A DNA stretch of 63,381 nt, counting the filler, from Chiloscyllium plagiosum (taxonomy: Eukaryota): NCBI RefSeq assembly GCF_004010195.1. It is 5 parts of one record of this genome, joined end to end, with 100 filler letters (N's around TTAATTAATTAA, not from the genome) between each part and the next. Parts side by side here need not be neighbours in the genome. Positions count along the whole stretch, not along the records: positions 26,674 to 45,401 come from NC_057717.1; positions 45,502 to 56,802 come from NC_057717.1; 3 more parts are not named here. One strand, written 5' to 3'. The notes under the pieces are model-generated. The model worked only from the letters and a program-made list of their open reading frames with translations. It was not told where the DNA came from and did not search any database. This document shows positions 40,462 through 53,594 of the stretch, one piece after another. Position 1 is the first letter of the stretch. Every line of letters begins with the position of its first letter. The translations under genes were made by a program, and so were the position numbers.

Positions 40462-41423
40462 TGTTATAGACTAGGCCAGACCACTCAAAACATTCTTAAG
40501 CAGGCAACCCAAACCATAACTTTGCAATTTGTTTCAGCAAGTGTACAGTGAAAATTATCGTGTAAGTTCGCTAGGTTGACTTCCAGGTTTTAAAACAGAC
40601 AAAAATGTATTCACAAAATTGCACAATGAAACACAGAACAGAATAAAGAACCCGTACAGAGCTCAGTCTATCCAAACTAGACTTAATTATGCTATTCCAA
40701 ATATACACAACAGTCCTAATTAACAAAACTCCTTAAAAGACAGTGAAAATGGAACAAATGCTTACAGGTTGAAGTTAGAAGAGCAGAAGGAGAGAGAATT
40801 TAACAACCTGTTTCCACACAGCTCAGTGTTGAACTCCTTAACTAGTTCTGGACTGAACTGCTCAGCTAGACCACTCCCCATTCATTCTACAGGTCACTTC
40901 TAAAACATGACCACTTTGCCCTGAAGTCTCATCTGTTTATTTAATCACAAAAGGCCCCTCAACACATGGTGGCTCAGTGGTTAGCAATGCTGCCTCACAG
41001 CACTAGGGACCCAGGTTTGATTCCTGCCTCAGACAACTGTCTGTGGAGTTTGCACATTCTCCCCGTGTCTGCGTGGGTTTCCTCGGGGTGCTCCGGTTTC
41101 CTCCCACAATCCAAAAGGTGTGCAGGTCAGGTGAATTGACCATACTAAATTGCTAATAGTGTTAGGTGTATTAGTCGGGGTTAATATAGGGTAGGGGAAT
41201 GGGCCTCGCAAATTACACTTCAGAGGGTCAGTATGGATTTGTTGGGCCGAAAGGCCTGTTTCCATACTATAGGGAATCTAATCTAACCTAAAATCTAATC
41301 TCTGTACCAAACTAGTCACCTCGGAGTTGGGAGGGTTTTATGACCCCTCTGAAAAAGATCAAGGACACAGGATCCTTGAGAAAAGGAACAGCTTTTAGTA
41401 AAAAAGGGACCGACTTTGTGACA
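40462..41423 (-). repeat. 5' LTR carrying an HE1 insertion
   Basis: tgttatagactaggcc...ctttgtgaca, collinear with 34841-35469. Confidence 0.93.
40963..41300 (+). mobile_element. HE1 SINE inside the 5' LTR
   Basis: ggtggctcagtggttagc A box, (aatct)n-like tail; absent from the other LTR. Confidence 0.92.
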
Positions 41424-41987
41424 CCATGCTACTTCCTCAAGTTAGCTTCGTGGCACACCCCCTCCACGTAATAAATCCACGTTAGTNNNNNNNNNNNNNN
41501 NNNNNNNNNNNNNNNNNNNNNNNNNNNNNNNNNNNNNNNNNNNNNNNNNNNNNNNNNNNNNNNNNNNNNNNNNNNNNNNNNNNNNNNNNNNNNNNNNNNN
41601 NNNNNNNNNNNNNNNNNNNNNNNNNNNNNNNNNNNNNNNNNNNNNNNNNNNNNNNNNNNNNNNNNNNNNNNNNNNNNNNNNNNNNNNNNNNNNNNNNNNN
41701 NNNNNNNNNNNNNNNNNNNNNNNNNNNNNNNNNNNNNNNNNNNNNNNNNNNNNNNNNNNNNNNNNNNNNNNNNNNNNNNNNNNNNNNNNNNNNNNNNNNN
41801 NNNNNNNNNNNNNNNNNNNNNNNNNNNNNNNNNNNNNNNNNNNNNNNNNNNNNNNNNNNNNNNNNNNNNNNNNNNNNNNNNNNNNNNNNNNNNNNNNNNN
41901 NNNNNNNNNNNNNNNNNNNNNNNNNNNNNNNNNNNNNNNNNNNNNNNNNNNNNNNNNNNNNNNNNNNNNNNNNNNNNNNNNNNNNNG

Positions 41988-42752
41988 TCTCTATATAACT
42001 GGTGGTCCTGTCTCACAGCCCAATCAGTCTCAATATAACTGATGTTCCTATCTCACAGCCCAGTCAGTCTCTATATAACTGATGGTCCTGTCTCACAGCC
42101 CAGTCAGTCTCGATATAACTGAAGGTCCTGTATCACAGCCCAGTCAGTCTCTATATAACTGATGGTCCTGTATCACCGCCCGGTCAGTCTCTATATAACT
42201 GATGATCCTGTATCACAGCCCAGTCAGTCTCTGTATAACTGATGGTCCTGTATCACAGCTCAGTCAGTCTCTGTATAACTGATTTCCCTGTCTCAGAGCC
42301 CAGTCAATCTCATTATAACTGACGTTCCTGTCTCACAGCCCAGTCAATCTATGTATAACTGATGGTCCTGTCTCACAGCCCAATCAGTTTCTATATAACT
42401 GATGGTCCTCTCTCACAGCCCAGTCGGTCTTTATATAACTGATGGTCCTGTCTCACAGCCCAGTCAGTCTCTATATAATTGATGGTCCTGTATCACAGCC
42501 CGGTCAGTCTCTATATAACTGATGGTTCTGTCTCACTGCCTAGTCAGTGTCTTTATCACTGATGGTCCTGTATCACAGCCCCGTCAGTCTGTATATAACT
42601 GATGGTCCTGTATCACAGCCGAGTCAGTCTCTACATAACTGATGGTCCTGTCTCACAGCCCAGTCAGTCTCTATATAACTGATGGTCCTGTATCACAGCC
42701 CCGTCAGTCTGTATATAACTGATTGTCCTGTATCACAGCCCAGTCAGTCTCA
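41988..42752. repeat. 40-bp minisatellite, ~19 visible units
   Basis: Consensus cagtcagtctctatataactgatggtcctgt(a/c)tcacagcc; extends into gap. Confidence 0.97.
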
Positions 42753-42754
42753 TC

Positions 42755-43530
42755 TCAGTGATGGAATCTTGTCCATTTATATGTAATTTAACAATGGACC
42801 TGCCTCATTCATAATTTGATCAGCCTTACTGAAACCTTTGATCTTTTCTCGTCTCGCTTAGCATTTCTGTATGATTATATGACTCCATATGGTTACACCG
42901 GCTGCCACTCCCCTGCTTCCCCCTTTGTCCTGTGGCAGAAATCTCAGCAGAAATACTTGACTGTCATCATGGCAAAGGCTGGAGTATACTTTGTTGTGTC
43001 CAAAGCATATATCATTGCCTTAAGATGGGATATGTGCCCATGTCCACTAGCCTCTTGTATTTGATATGTTCCTTTTTACCAATCCATAGTGATCTTGTCA
43101 TTGTAGACTAGCTGCAGTGTCGGAAACACTGTGGTTTTCATTTACACTTCTAACCGGAGCATTTTTTGTCCTCCTCCCTGGTGTTCCCCTGCAGGTAGAA
43201 CTCTGTTCAGCAGAGAGCAAGCCCTTGAGCAGCACTGGTCTGCCAGAGGAGGCAACCACCGAAGCTATATCCCTGGTAAGTACACTGTCCGAGTGCAATT
43301 GACATGTTCGAACATTCGTTCCTGAATCTTCTCTCCCTCAACCTGTTGCAGATACTGGACCACTTCCACTTTAACAAAGGGCAGATGGGCACTTGGGAAT
43401 TGGCTGAGAGCAGTGCCAATCAGTTATCTCAGCCAGTTTTGCAATTTGAGAATGACACCCTGAATTGATACTTTCCATGGCAAGAAAAGGATGTTGCTAA
43501 ATGGCTGCAGCATTCCCTGACGACTGATAG
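42755..43530 (-). mobile_element. Possible very old Gypsy gag/protease remnant
   Basis: Minus-strand fragments EKIQERMF, knuckle-like ICFGHNKV and IVKLHINGQ; heavily disrupted. Confidence 0.35.
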
Positions 43531-43534
43531 GGAG

Positions 43535-44858
43535 TAGACAATAGACAATAGGTGCAGGAGTAGACCATTCTGCCCTTCGAGCCTGCACCGCCATTCAATA
43601 TGATCATGCCTGACCATTCCTAATCAGCATCCTGTTCCTGCCTTATCTCCATAACCCTTGATTCCACTATCTTTGAGAGCTCTATCCAACTCTTTCTTAA
43701 ATGAATCCAGAGACTGGGCCTCCACTGCCCTCTGGGGCAGAGCATTCCACACAGCCACCACTCTCTGGGTGAAGACGTTTCTCCTCATCTCTGTCCTAAA
43801 TGGTCTACCCCGTAGTTTTAAGCTATGTCCTCTGGTTCGGCATTTACCCATCAGCGGAAACATGTTTCCTGCTGCCAGAGTGTCCAATCCTTTCATAATC
43901 TTATACGTCTCAATCAGATCCCCTCTCAGTCTTCTAAACTCAAGGGTATACAAGCCCAGTCGCTTCAGTCTTTCAGTGTAAGGTAATCCCGCCATTCCAG
44001 GAATTGACCTCGTGAACCTACGCTGCACTCCCTCAATAGCCAGAATGTCTTTCCTCAAATTTGGAGACCAGAACTGCACAAAGTACTCCAGGTGTGGTCT
44101 CATCAAAGCCCTGTACAACTGCAGAAGCACCTCTTTGCTTCTATACTCAATTCCTCTTGTTATGAAGGCCAGCATGCTATTAGCATTCCTCACTACCTGC
44201 TGTACCTGCATGCTTACCTTCATTGACTGGTGTACAAGAACACCCAGATCTCTCTGTACTGCCCCTTTACCAAACTTGATTCCATTGAGGTAGTAATCTG
44301 CCTTCCCGTTCTTGCCACCAAAGTGAATAACCACACATTTATCCACATTAAACTGCATCTGCCATGCATCTGCCCACTCACCTAACCTGTCCAGGTCACC
44401 CTGTAATCTCCTAACATCCTCATCACATTTCACCCTGCCACCCAGTTTAGTATCATCAGCAAATTTGCTAATGTTATTGCTAATACCATCTTCTATATCA
44501 TTAACATATATTGTAAAAAGCTGCGGTCCCAGCACTGATGCCTGCGGTACCCCACTGGTCACTGCCTGCCATTCCGAAATGGATTTATCACTACCCTTTG
44601 TTTCCTATCAGCCAACCAATTTTCAATCCAATCTAGTACTTTGCCCCCAATACCATGCACCCTAATTTTACTCACTAACCTCCTGTGTGGGACTTTATCA
44701 AAAGCTTTCTGAAAGTCCAGGTACACGACATCTACTGGATTTCCCTCGTCCAACGTCATAGTTACATCCTCAAAAAATTCAAGAAGATTAGTCAAGCATG
44801 ATTTCCCCTTCATAAATCCATGCTGACTCTGTCCTATCCTGTTACTACTATCCAGATC
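43535..44858 (-). mobile_element. Young 5'-truncated CR1 LINE, RT domain nearly intact
   Basis: ORFs 44559-44813 (YLDFQKAFDKVPH) and 43624-44562 (312 aa; FADDTKL, HLEYFVQFWSP); tail (tagacaa)n. Confidence 0.96.
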
Positions 44859-45401
44859 ATACAGAAACTCATCACCTCAGGAGATCTCCCACCCACAGTT
44901 TCCAACCTCATAGTCCGGGAACCCCGCACCCGGCTCTACCTCCTTCCCAAGATCCACAAGCCTGGCCACCCTGGCCGACCCATTGCCTCAGCCTTCTCCT
45001 GCCCCACTGAACTCATTTCTACCCACCTTGACACTGTCCTATCTCCCCGAGTCCAGGAACTCCCCACATACGTTTGAGACACCACCCACGCCCTCCACCT
45101 CCTCCAAGACTTCCGTTTCCCCAGCCCCCAATGCCTCATCTTCACCATGGATATCCAGTCCCTCTACACCACATCCACCATGACCAGGGCCTCCAAGCCC
45201 TCAGTTTCTTCCTCTCCCAACGTCCCCAACAGTACCCTTCCACCGACACTCTCATTCATTTGGCCGAACTAGTCCTCACCCTTAACAATTTCTCCCTTGA
45301 ATCCTCCCACTTCCTCCAAACCAAAGGGGTAGCCATGGGCACCTGTACGGGCCCCAGCTATGCCTGTCTCTTTGTTGGCTACGTAGAACAGTCCATCTTC
45401 C
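44855..45401 (+). mobile_element. Penelope-like RT fragment
   Basis: YLLPKIHKPGHPGRPI, FTMDIQSLY, QTKGVAMGT. Confidence 0.92.
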
Positions 45402-46134
45402 NNNNNNNNNNNNNNNNNNNNNNNNNNNNNNNNNNNNNNNNNNNNTTAATTAATTAANNNNNNNNNNNNNNNNNNNNNNNNNNNNNNNNNNNNNNNNNNN
45501 NCCAATCAACTCCTATTTCACTCAACCTTACAGCATGATCCCTTTCCGAGTTTTCTGCCTCATTGATACAGTTGTCTTTCTTGACTTCTCTTGTTCTAAC
45601 TTTCCCTTCAATTTCCTTTTTAAACATCCAGTTTGTCCCCTCCCTCCCGAGTAGCTCATATTCAATAGTGTAACAAGAAGAAGAAATGAGCTCCTGCACT
45701 CACTGTTTAGAGAGGTGGGTGGAAAATCAGTCAGTCTGCTATTTCCCCCATGCTCATTGACAATGTCCACACTTAATGGGGCAACGTTGCTCCTGACCAC
45801 CCACCCTTTTTCGAACTATAAACATTTTGTCTTATTAATTTTGAAGTCCCTTAAAAGTTTTCTTTGAGAATCTCTTTTCATATCTCTTATAAGCTGCTTT
45901 GTGGCCTCTTGCAGATCTTTCTCATTCAGCAGTATCTGTGTTTTATTTTTGCATTTCTGTCAGCGCTTTCTTTTAGTTTTATGCTGTGCCCTATCTCTTT
46001 AATTGTCCATTTCTATTGTTCCTGTGAAGTGGAGCTTTTCTCTGTCAGGGATATAAATGGGTTTTGTATTGTATTATAGTTTCTTTAAACATCCTCCACT
46101 AGTCTTTATTTGTTTTATTCAAAAGCAGCTTAAA

Positions 46135-49100
46135 AACATAGAACATAGAACAGTACAGCGCTGGAACAGGCCCTTCAGCTCACTATGTCTGTGCCAATCC
46201 AAACTAATCCCATCTGCCTGCAGGCAGTCCATACTCTACTATTTTCTGCCTGTTCATGTGTCTGTCTAAATGCCTCTTAAATATTGCCAATGAGTCTGCT
46301 TCTACCACCTTCCTTGGCAGTGCTTTCCAGGCACCTATCACCCCCTCCATAGAAAAACTTGCCTCACACATCTCTTTTAAACATTTCCCCTCTCACTTTA
46401 AACCTTTGCCCCCTAATATTTGATATTTCCACACTGGAGAAAAGACTATCCATCGTATCCATGCCTGTTAAAATTCCATATAATTCTATCTGGTCACCCT
46501 GAAACCTCCAAAGCTCGAGTGAAAAAAATATAAGTTTGTTCAACCACTCCTTATAGTTAATACACTTCCATCCAAGCAAGATCCTAGTAAACCTCTTCTG
46601 TACGCTCTCCAAAATCTCCACATCCTTCCTGTAGTGTGCCAACCAGAACTGCACACAATGCTCCAAACATGGCCTGACTAAAGTCTTGTACAGCTGCAAC
46701 GTGACTTGCCAACTTTTATACCCAACGCCCCAGTTGGCGAAGGCAGGCATGCCACACACCTTCTTTACCACCTTATCCACATGTGTTGTCACTTTCAGGG
46801 AGCCATAGACTTGCGCCCTAAGATCCCTCTGTATATCAATGCTCCTCAGGGTCCTATCATTGCTCTATACTTTCCTGTTACATTTGACCTCCCACAATGC
46901 ATCAGCTCACAGTTGTCCAGATTAAATTCCATTTGCCATTTTTCCACCCAGCTTTCCAACTGATCTATATCCTGTTGTATCCTTTGACAACCTTCCACAC
47001 TATCCACAACTCCACCAATTTTTTGTGCCATCTGCAAACTTACTAATCAAACCACTGACATTTTATACAAATCATTTATAGATTACAAACAATAGATGTT
47101 CCAACACTGATCTTTGTAGAACACCAATGGTCACAGATGTCCAGCAGGAAACCACCTATCCTCTGTCTTCTATGACCAAGCCAAATTTCTATCCAACTGT
47201 ACAACTCACCAGGATCCCCTGTGTCTTAATCTTCTGGGCCAGCCTACCATGAGGGACCTTTCAAATGCTTTAGTAAAGTCCATGTGGACAACATCCATTG
47301 CCTTATCCTCATCAATCATCTTTGTCACTTCCTTGAAAAGCTTCACCCAATTTGTGAGGCCATTCCTTTCCCGTACAAATCCATGCTGACTATCCCTAAG
47401 AAGTCCATTCTTCTCCAAATGTGAGTAAATCCTGTCCCTAAGAATCTTCTCCAATAATTTCTCTACCACTCTTGAAAGGTTACCTGCTTTTAATTTCCTG
47501 GATTACCTTGTTGCCCTTTGTAAACAAAGGAACAACATTGGCTGTTTTGCAGTCTTCTGGGACCTCACTTGTGGCTAAAGAGGATACAAAGATCTCTGTC
47601 TAGACTCAGCAAGCTTTTCCCTTGCCGTATTCATCATAAAGTCTTAGAGTCATACAGCATGGAAACAAACTCTTTGGTCCAACTCATCTGTGCTGACCAG
47701 ATATCTCAATCTAACCTAGTCCCATTTGCCAGCATTTGGCCTTTTTCTCTCTAAACCCTTTGTATTCATATGCACATCCAGATGCCTTTTAAATGTTGTA
47801 ATTGTACCAGCCTCCACCACTTCCTTTGACAGCTCATTCCATACATGCACCACCTTCTCTGTGAAATCGTTACCCGTCAGGTCTCTTTTAAATCTTTCCC
47901 CTTGCACCGTAAACCTTTGTTGTTTAGTTTTGGACTCCCCTGCCCTAACGAAAAGATCTTGGCTATTCAACCTATCAATGCCCCTCATGATTTTATATAC
48001 CTTTGTAAGGTCACCCCTGAGTCTCTGACACTCCAGGGAAAAATATCTCAGCCTATTCAGCCTCACCTTCTAACTCAAACTTTCCAGTCCCATTAACATC
48101 CTGGTAAATCTTTTCTGAACCTTCTCCAGTCAGTAATATCCTTCCTATAGCAAGGCAACCAGCACTGTCCACAGTATTCCAGAAGAGGCCACACCAGCGT
48201 CCTGTACAGCAGCAACGTGAGCTCCTTTCTTCAGCATTATGATAATTGAAGGCAGGTGTACCAAATGCATTCTTCATCGCCCTGATAGATCCCATCAGTC
48301 TCTGGGAACTTAGCTGCCTGAAGGCTTTTCAAGCTATTTAATTTTCTTTTCCTTTTTTTCCGATCTTTTTTCAGTCCATCCCCCAAACTGAGGAGATTCT
48401 AAATCTCCTGGTTATATATATATTTTCTTTTTTCTTTTTATCTATTCCCCACACTACTGCCTAACTGCAGTAGTGTTTATATTTTCCCCATCACCCATGT
48501 TGTGTGTGTGCAGGTGTGAGACACAGTAAAAGACAACATGTGTACAAATCTTTATTCAATTTCCATCACCAGGAAGAAAGAAAACAGCAGAATGGCCAGT
48601 GACAATCAGTGCCCTTCTCATCAAGCCATTTAACCCTTCCTCCCTCTTAATATCTATTTGTCCCAGAGCATCAACATACACCCCCCTAATCTTACCATCG
48701 TCCATCTCCTCTTTTGTTACTACTTATGCAAGGTACTGATTAAGGATCTCCCACACTTCCTCTGATTCCATGCATAAATCCCCAACACCCCCCCCCCCCC
48801 CCCCCCCCCACACACGCACACATATGTTCTTGAATGGACCTGCCCTTTCTCCAGTTACCCTCTTGCTCCTAATATGCAACAAGATGTCTTGGTATTCTCC
48901 TTAGTCTTACTTGCCTAATATTATATTTCATGGCCTCTTCTAGTCCTCCAAATTTAAGTTATTTTCTGCTTCTGATCTATTCCTCAAGGGCTTTTTCTGA
49001 TTTCAGTTTCCTAAACCTTATGTATGCTTCCTTTTTCTTTTTGACTAATCTTTCAATCTGTCTTGTCATCCAAGGTTCCTGAATCTTGTTGTCCTTACCT

Positions 49101-49750
49101 TTCATTCTCACAGGTACATCCTAGTCCTGAACTCTGATCAACTTGTATTTAAAAGACTGCCACATGTCAGAATGGATTTTCCATCAAACAGCAACCCCCT
49201 GTAACTTCTCCAATTCCTGCCTAATTCTGTTGTAGTTAGCCTTCCCCTAATTTAGCAATTTTACCTGAGGATTAGTCTTATCCTTTTCCATAACTGTCTT
49301 AAAACTTAGAGAACTATGATCACTGTTCCCAAAATGGTCCTCCACTGAAACATTGTTTACGTGGCCAGAGTCATTTCCCAAAAGTAAGTCCAATACAGCC
49401 CCTTCCCTCATTGGACTATCTACGTATTGTTTCAAGAATCCCTCCTGGATTCACCCAACAAATTCTGGCCGACTTAAGCCCCTGGCACTAAGGGAGTCCC
49501 AGTCAATATGGGGGAAGTTAAAGCCATCCATTACAATAACCCTGTTGTTTTTACATCTTTCCATGACCTGCTTACATATTTGTTCCTCTATCTCCCGCTG
49601 CCTTTGGTATAACCTCATCAAAGTGATTGCACTTTTCTTGTTCCTGGAACCTACCACGATAGCCTCTCTGGATGAGCCCTTCAGTATATCCTCCCTCAGT
49701 ACAGCTCTGATATTCTCCTTAATCAGTAATGCAACTCCCCCACCCCCTTT
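46135..49750 (-). mobile_element. Decayed CR1 LINE (endonuclease to 3' UTR) with nested insertions; short continuation at ~50420-50475
   Basis: Tail (atagaac)n at ~46138; RT motifs in ORFs 46364-46792 and 47206-47469; endonuclease motifs in 49247-49657. Confidence 0.88.
47632..48290 (-). mobile_element. Second CR1 3' end nested in the previous element
   Basis: RLRGDLTKVYKIM, WNELS; own 3' UTR. Confidence 0.85.
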
Positions 49751-49799
49751 ATATATTGCTTTTATATATTTCCTTTATATATTAGTTGCGGAACAAGAG

Positions 49800-50420
49800 A
49801 GTTTGGAGTGCAGGTTCATAGCTCCTTGAAAGTGGAGTCGCAGGTAGATAGGATAGTGAAGAAGGCGTTTGGTATGCTTTCCTTTATTGGTCAGAGTATT
49901 GAGTACAGGAGTTGGGAGGTCATGTTGCAGCTGTACAGGACATTGGTTGGGCCACTGTTGGAATATTGCATGCAGTTCTGGTCTCCTTCCTATCGGAAAG
50001 ATGTTGTGAAACTTGAAAGGGTTCAGAGAAGATTTACAAGGATGTTGCCAGGGTTGGAGGATCTGAGCTATAGGGAGGGGCTGTACAGGCAGGGGCTGTT
50101 TCCCCTGGAGCGTCGGAGGCTGAGGGGTGACCTTATAGAGGTTTACAAAATCAGGAGGGGCATGGATAGGATAAATACATAAAGTCTTTTCCCTGGGTCA
50201 GGGGTACTTGAGGGCATAGATTTAGGGTGAGAGGGGAAAGATATAAAAGATACCTAAGGGGCAACTTTTTCACTCAGAGGGTGGTACGTGTGTGGAATGA
50301 GTTGCCAGAGGAAGTGGTGGAAGCTGGCAGGTGGGACTAGATTGGGTTGGGATATCTGGTTGGCATGGACGGGCTGGACCGAAGGGTCTGCTTCCGTGCT
50401 GTACATCTCTATGACTCTAT
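49800..50420 (+). mobile_element. HER1/CR1 LINE 3' end
   Basis: ORF 49808-50182 LEYCMQFWSP, RLRGDLIEVYK; tail ctctatgactctat. Confidence 0.92.
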
Positions 50421-50704
50421 ATCCCTCTCTATCAGGCCTGAAACATCTAAATCCTGGAACATTGAGCTGCCAGTGTCAGAGATCAGAGCAAAATATATTA
50501 TGGAGATAGTCTAGATCCTAACTTTAATTTTATTTTAAAAGCAAGTGTCAGGTGCTGTGTTGCAGATGCGATTCGATTGGTCCACCACTAAGCTATTATT
50601 AAAACACACTTCATTCTTACAATGCAGTTAAAATGCAACAAAACTAAGGATCAGTATATCTTTACTCTATTGACTTGCTTAACAAGACAATGTATTTCTT
50701 TAAT

Positions 50705-51778
50705 GAAGAGGGTGATGGTGGAGGATTGTTTTTTGGGCTGGTTATTTTCAAAATGTTGTCTGTGACCACCGGTGTTGCACAGGAATTGATGCAGGGTCCA
50801 CTGTTGTCCATCATTTAATTAAATGATTTGGATGAGAATTTAGGGGCATGGTTAGAAAGTTTGCGGATGACACCAACATTGATGGTATAGTTGACAGTGA
50901 AGAAGATTATCTAAGATTACAAAGGGATATTTATCAAATGGGCCAATGGGCTGAGGAGTGGTAGATGGAGTTTAATTTGGATAAATGTGAGGTATTTTGG
51001 TAAAACAAATAAGGACAGAACTTTCCAATTAATGTTTGGGCCCTGGGTAGTGTTGTTGGACAGAGATCTAGGGGTTTAGATACATAGTTCTTTGAAAGTT
51101 GCATCAAGGGTAGACGGGGTAATGAAGGTGGTGTTTAGCACGCTTGCCCTCATTGCTCAGACCATTGAGTATAGGAATTGGGATGTCATGTTGAGATTGT
51201 ACAGGACGTTGGTGAGGCCACTTTTAGAATACTGTGTACTGTTCTGATCACCCTGCTGTGAGATGGATTTTGTTAAATTAGAGAGGGTTCAGAAAAGATT
51301 TATCAGAATGTTGGCGTGATTGAGGGTTTGAGTTATAAGGAGAAACTGGGTGGACTGGAAATTATTTCATTGGAACTTGAGGAGGTTGAGAGGTGACCTT
51401 ATAGATGTTTATAAAATCGAGAGGGGAATAGATAAGGTGAATAACAAAGGCCTTTTCCCCAGAGTAGGAGAGTTCAAAACCAGGAGGCATATTTTTAAGG
51501 CGAGTTGGGAAAGATTTAAAACAGACCTGGGTGCAACCTTTTCACACAAAGGGTGGTTCATGTGTGGACTGAACTGCCAGAGGAAGTTATAGATGCAGAT
51601 ACAGTTGTAACATTTAAAAGACATTTAGATAGGTACATGGATAGGAAAGGTTGAGAGGGATATGGGCCAAACCCAGATATGGAAACTAGCTTAGTTTGGG
51701 AAATTTGGTTGGCATGGACAAGTTGGACTGAAGGGCCTGTTTCCGTGCTCTATAACTCTATGTCTGTATGACTCTATA
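50705..51778 (+). mobile_element. Degenerate CR1 RT 3' half
   Basis: FADDT, RLRGDLIDVYK; tail (ctctatga)-like. Confidence 0.88.
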
Positions 51779-51795
51779 ACTGATGCAATAATCCA

Positions 51796-52157
51796 GGGTG
51801 GAGCGGTGGCTCAGCGGTTAGCACTGTTGCCTCACAGTGCCAGGGACCCAGATTCGATTCCTGCCTCAGGCAATTGCCTGTGTGGAGGTTGCACATTCTC
51901 CCAATGTCTGTGTGGGTTTCCTCCGGGTGCTCCGGTTTTCTCAAAAGATCCAAAGATGTGCAGGTTAGGTGAATTGGCCATGCTAAATTGCCCATAATGT
52001 TCAGGGATGTGTAGGTTAAGTGCATTGTTCAGGGGTAAATATAGGATAATAGAGTAGGGAAATGGGTTTGGGTGGGTTACTCTTTGGAGGGTCAGTGTGG
52101 ACTTGTTGGGCCAAAGAGCCTGTTTCCATACTGTAGGGAATCTATGATTCTATTCTA
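51796..52157 (+). mobile_element. HE1 SINE
   Basis: A box ggtggctcagcggttagc, B box gattcgattcc, HE1 body and tail. Confidence 0.92.
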
Positions 52158-53594
52158 ATATAGGCAGCATTCAATAACCACATTCTTTGGTAAAATGCAA
52201 TGCAGCAAAAAAGTTATTATTCTCACGTGCTCTCTCTCTCTCTAATCCAGTAGAAAGAAACACTGATAGAAACAACCTGCCCTTTCTGATTTCTAAGAGG
52301 AAAACTCTCTGTTGATGTCTTCAATTTAACAGCAGAGAGAACTCTAGCAGCCTGCTCCTGCAGCTAACTAACAAAACAGCTTAAATAATATTCAGCTCCT
52401 CTATTCTTCCTGCCAAAGTACATCTCCTCAGATTTCTCCACATTATTTTCCATCTACCACGTTTTTGCCCACTCAGTTAGCCAGTTTCTACGCCTCTATA
52501 GACTCTTTCTGTCATCCTCACCACCTGTCTTTGTGTAATCCTGAAACTTAGTGATAGTGCATTCACTTTCATCATCCAAATCATTAGTATCTATTGGAAA
52601 TAATTGTGGCCTCAGCACTGGTCCCTGTGCCACTCCACTAGATACAGATTGCTATCCTGAAAATGCCCCCTTAGCCCAACTGTCTGTCTTCTGTTGGTTA
52701 GTTAATCCTCAATCCATGCTCATGTATTTGATGGTGGGCATTTATAATGGCATTGCCATTGAATGTCAAGGGACAATAGTTAGCTTCTCTCTTGTTGGAG
52801 ATGCCCGTTGCCTGGCTGGTGTCGATAATGGATAACAGAACCTAAATTACACAGATTGTGATGAATGAAAGGGCTGGTTCTCCACACAATGATTGATAAC
52901 AGGGCTGGTGTTTCCCAGTGTGTGATAGGTAGTTGAGACACTGCTTCCGAGAAGCCGGGAGAAGTCATTTTCCTCCTGTGTGTACACTTGGATGCAATTA
53001 TGGGTATTGTGCAGTTGTAGATGGTATGACCTATGTTACATGGATCATTGAAATATTGCCTGATGATAACCTACAGAAACTGCTTTATTGATAATTTCTA
53101 TTTGCGATTCCTCACTAGGATGTGGATGTGGAGGAGGAGGAGACGATAGCTGGAGAATGGAATAACTTGGAAGCATCTCTGGAGAAACTACCACCATTAG
53201 GGAAAATCACAAAAACCGAATCACAGGTTATTGTATCTCCTAGGTAATGAAATACAGTAATAACTCATCATGGAGAGAAGATCGTTCAGGACATCCTGAA
53301 CGTTCAGGACATCGTTAAGTAAACCTTAGGGACACCGTTTCAGTCCTTTCAAAAAGATCCTCATATCACCAACACATCTACATTCCAACTCATATAGGCA
53401 CACAGGAGCAAGAAGAGTCAATTTGATCCCTCAACCCTGTTCATCATTCAGTAAGATCATGACTGATGTGACTGTGGCCTCAGCTCTCTGTAGCAATTGA
53501 ATCAGTTGTCTATTAAAAACCTATCAAATGTTACATGAATAAATTCAATGATCCAACCTCCAATGCTTTCCAGTAAAGTGAAGAGAATTCTACA

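Larger units (their letters stand above)
34841..41423 (-). mobile_element. Full-length but inactivated Gmr1-like Gypsy LTR retrotransposon
   Basis: Two LTRs, 4-bp TSD CCAT (34837-40, 41424-27), PBS tgggggctc (tRNA-Pro), PPT aagagggaagg; order gag, protease, integrase (38005-38229 TRFPEVIPL...DQGSNF), RT (36691-37089 RLCVDY...YIDD), RNase H (35822-36010 DASDVG...YFSRKL). Confidence 0.95.

Noticed and set aside
41988..42752. CRISPR-like appearance of the 40-bp and 33-bp arrays
   Set aside because: No unique spacers, no cas genes, vertebrate context
50474..50700. Possible solo LTR split by CR1 and HE1 (continuing ~52160-52400)
   Set aside because: No clear 3' terminus, TSD or partner LTR could be established
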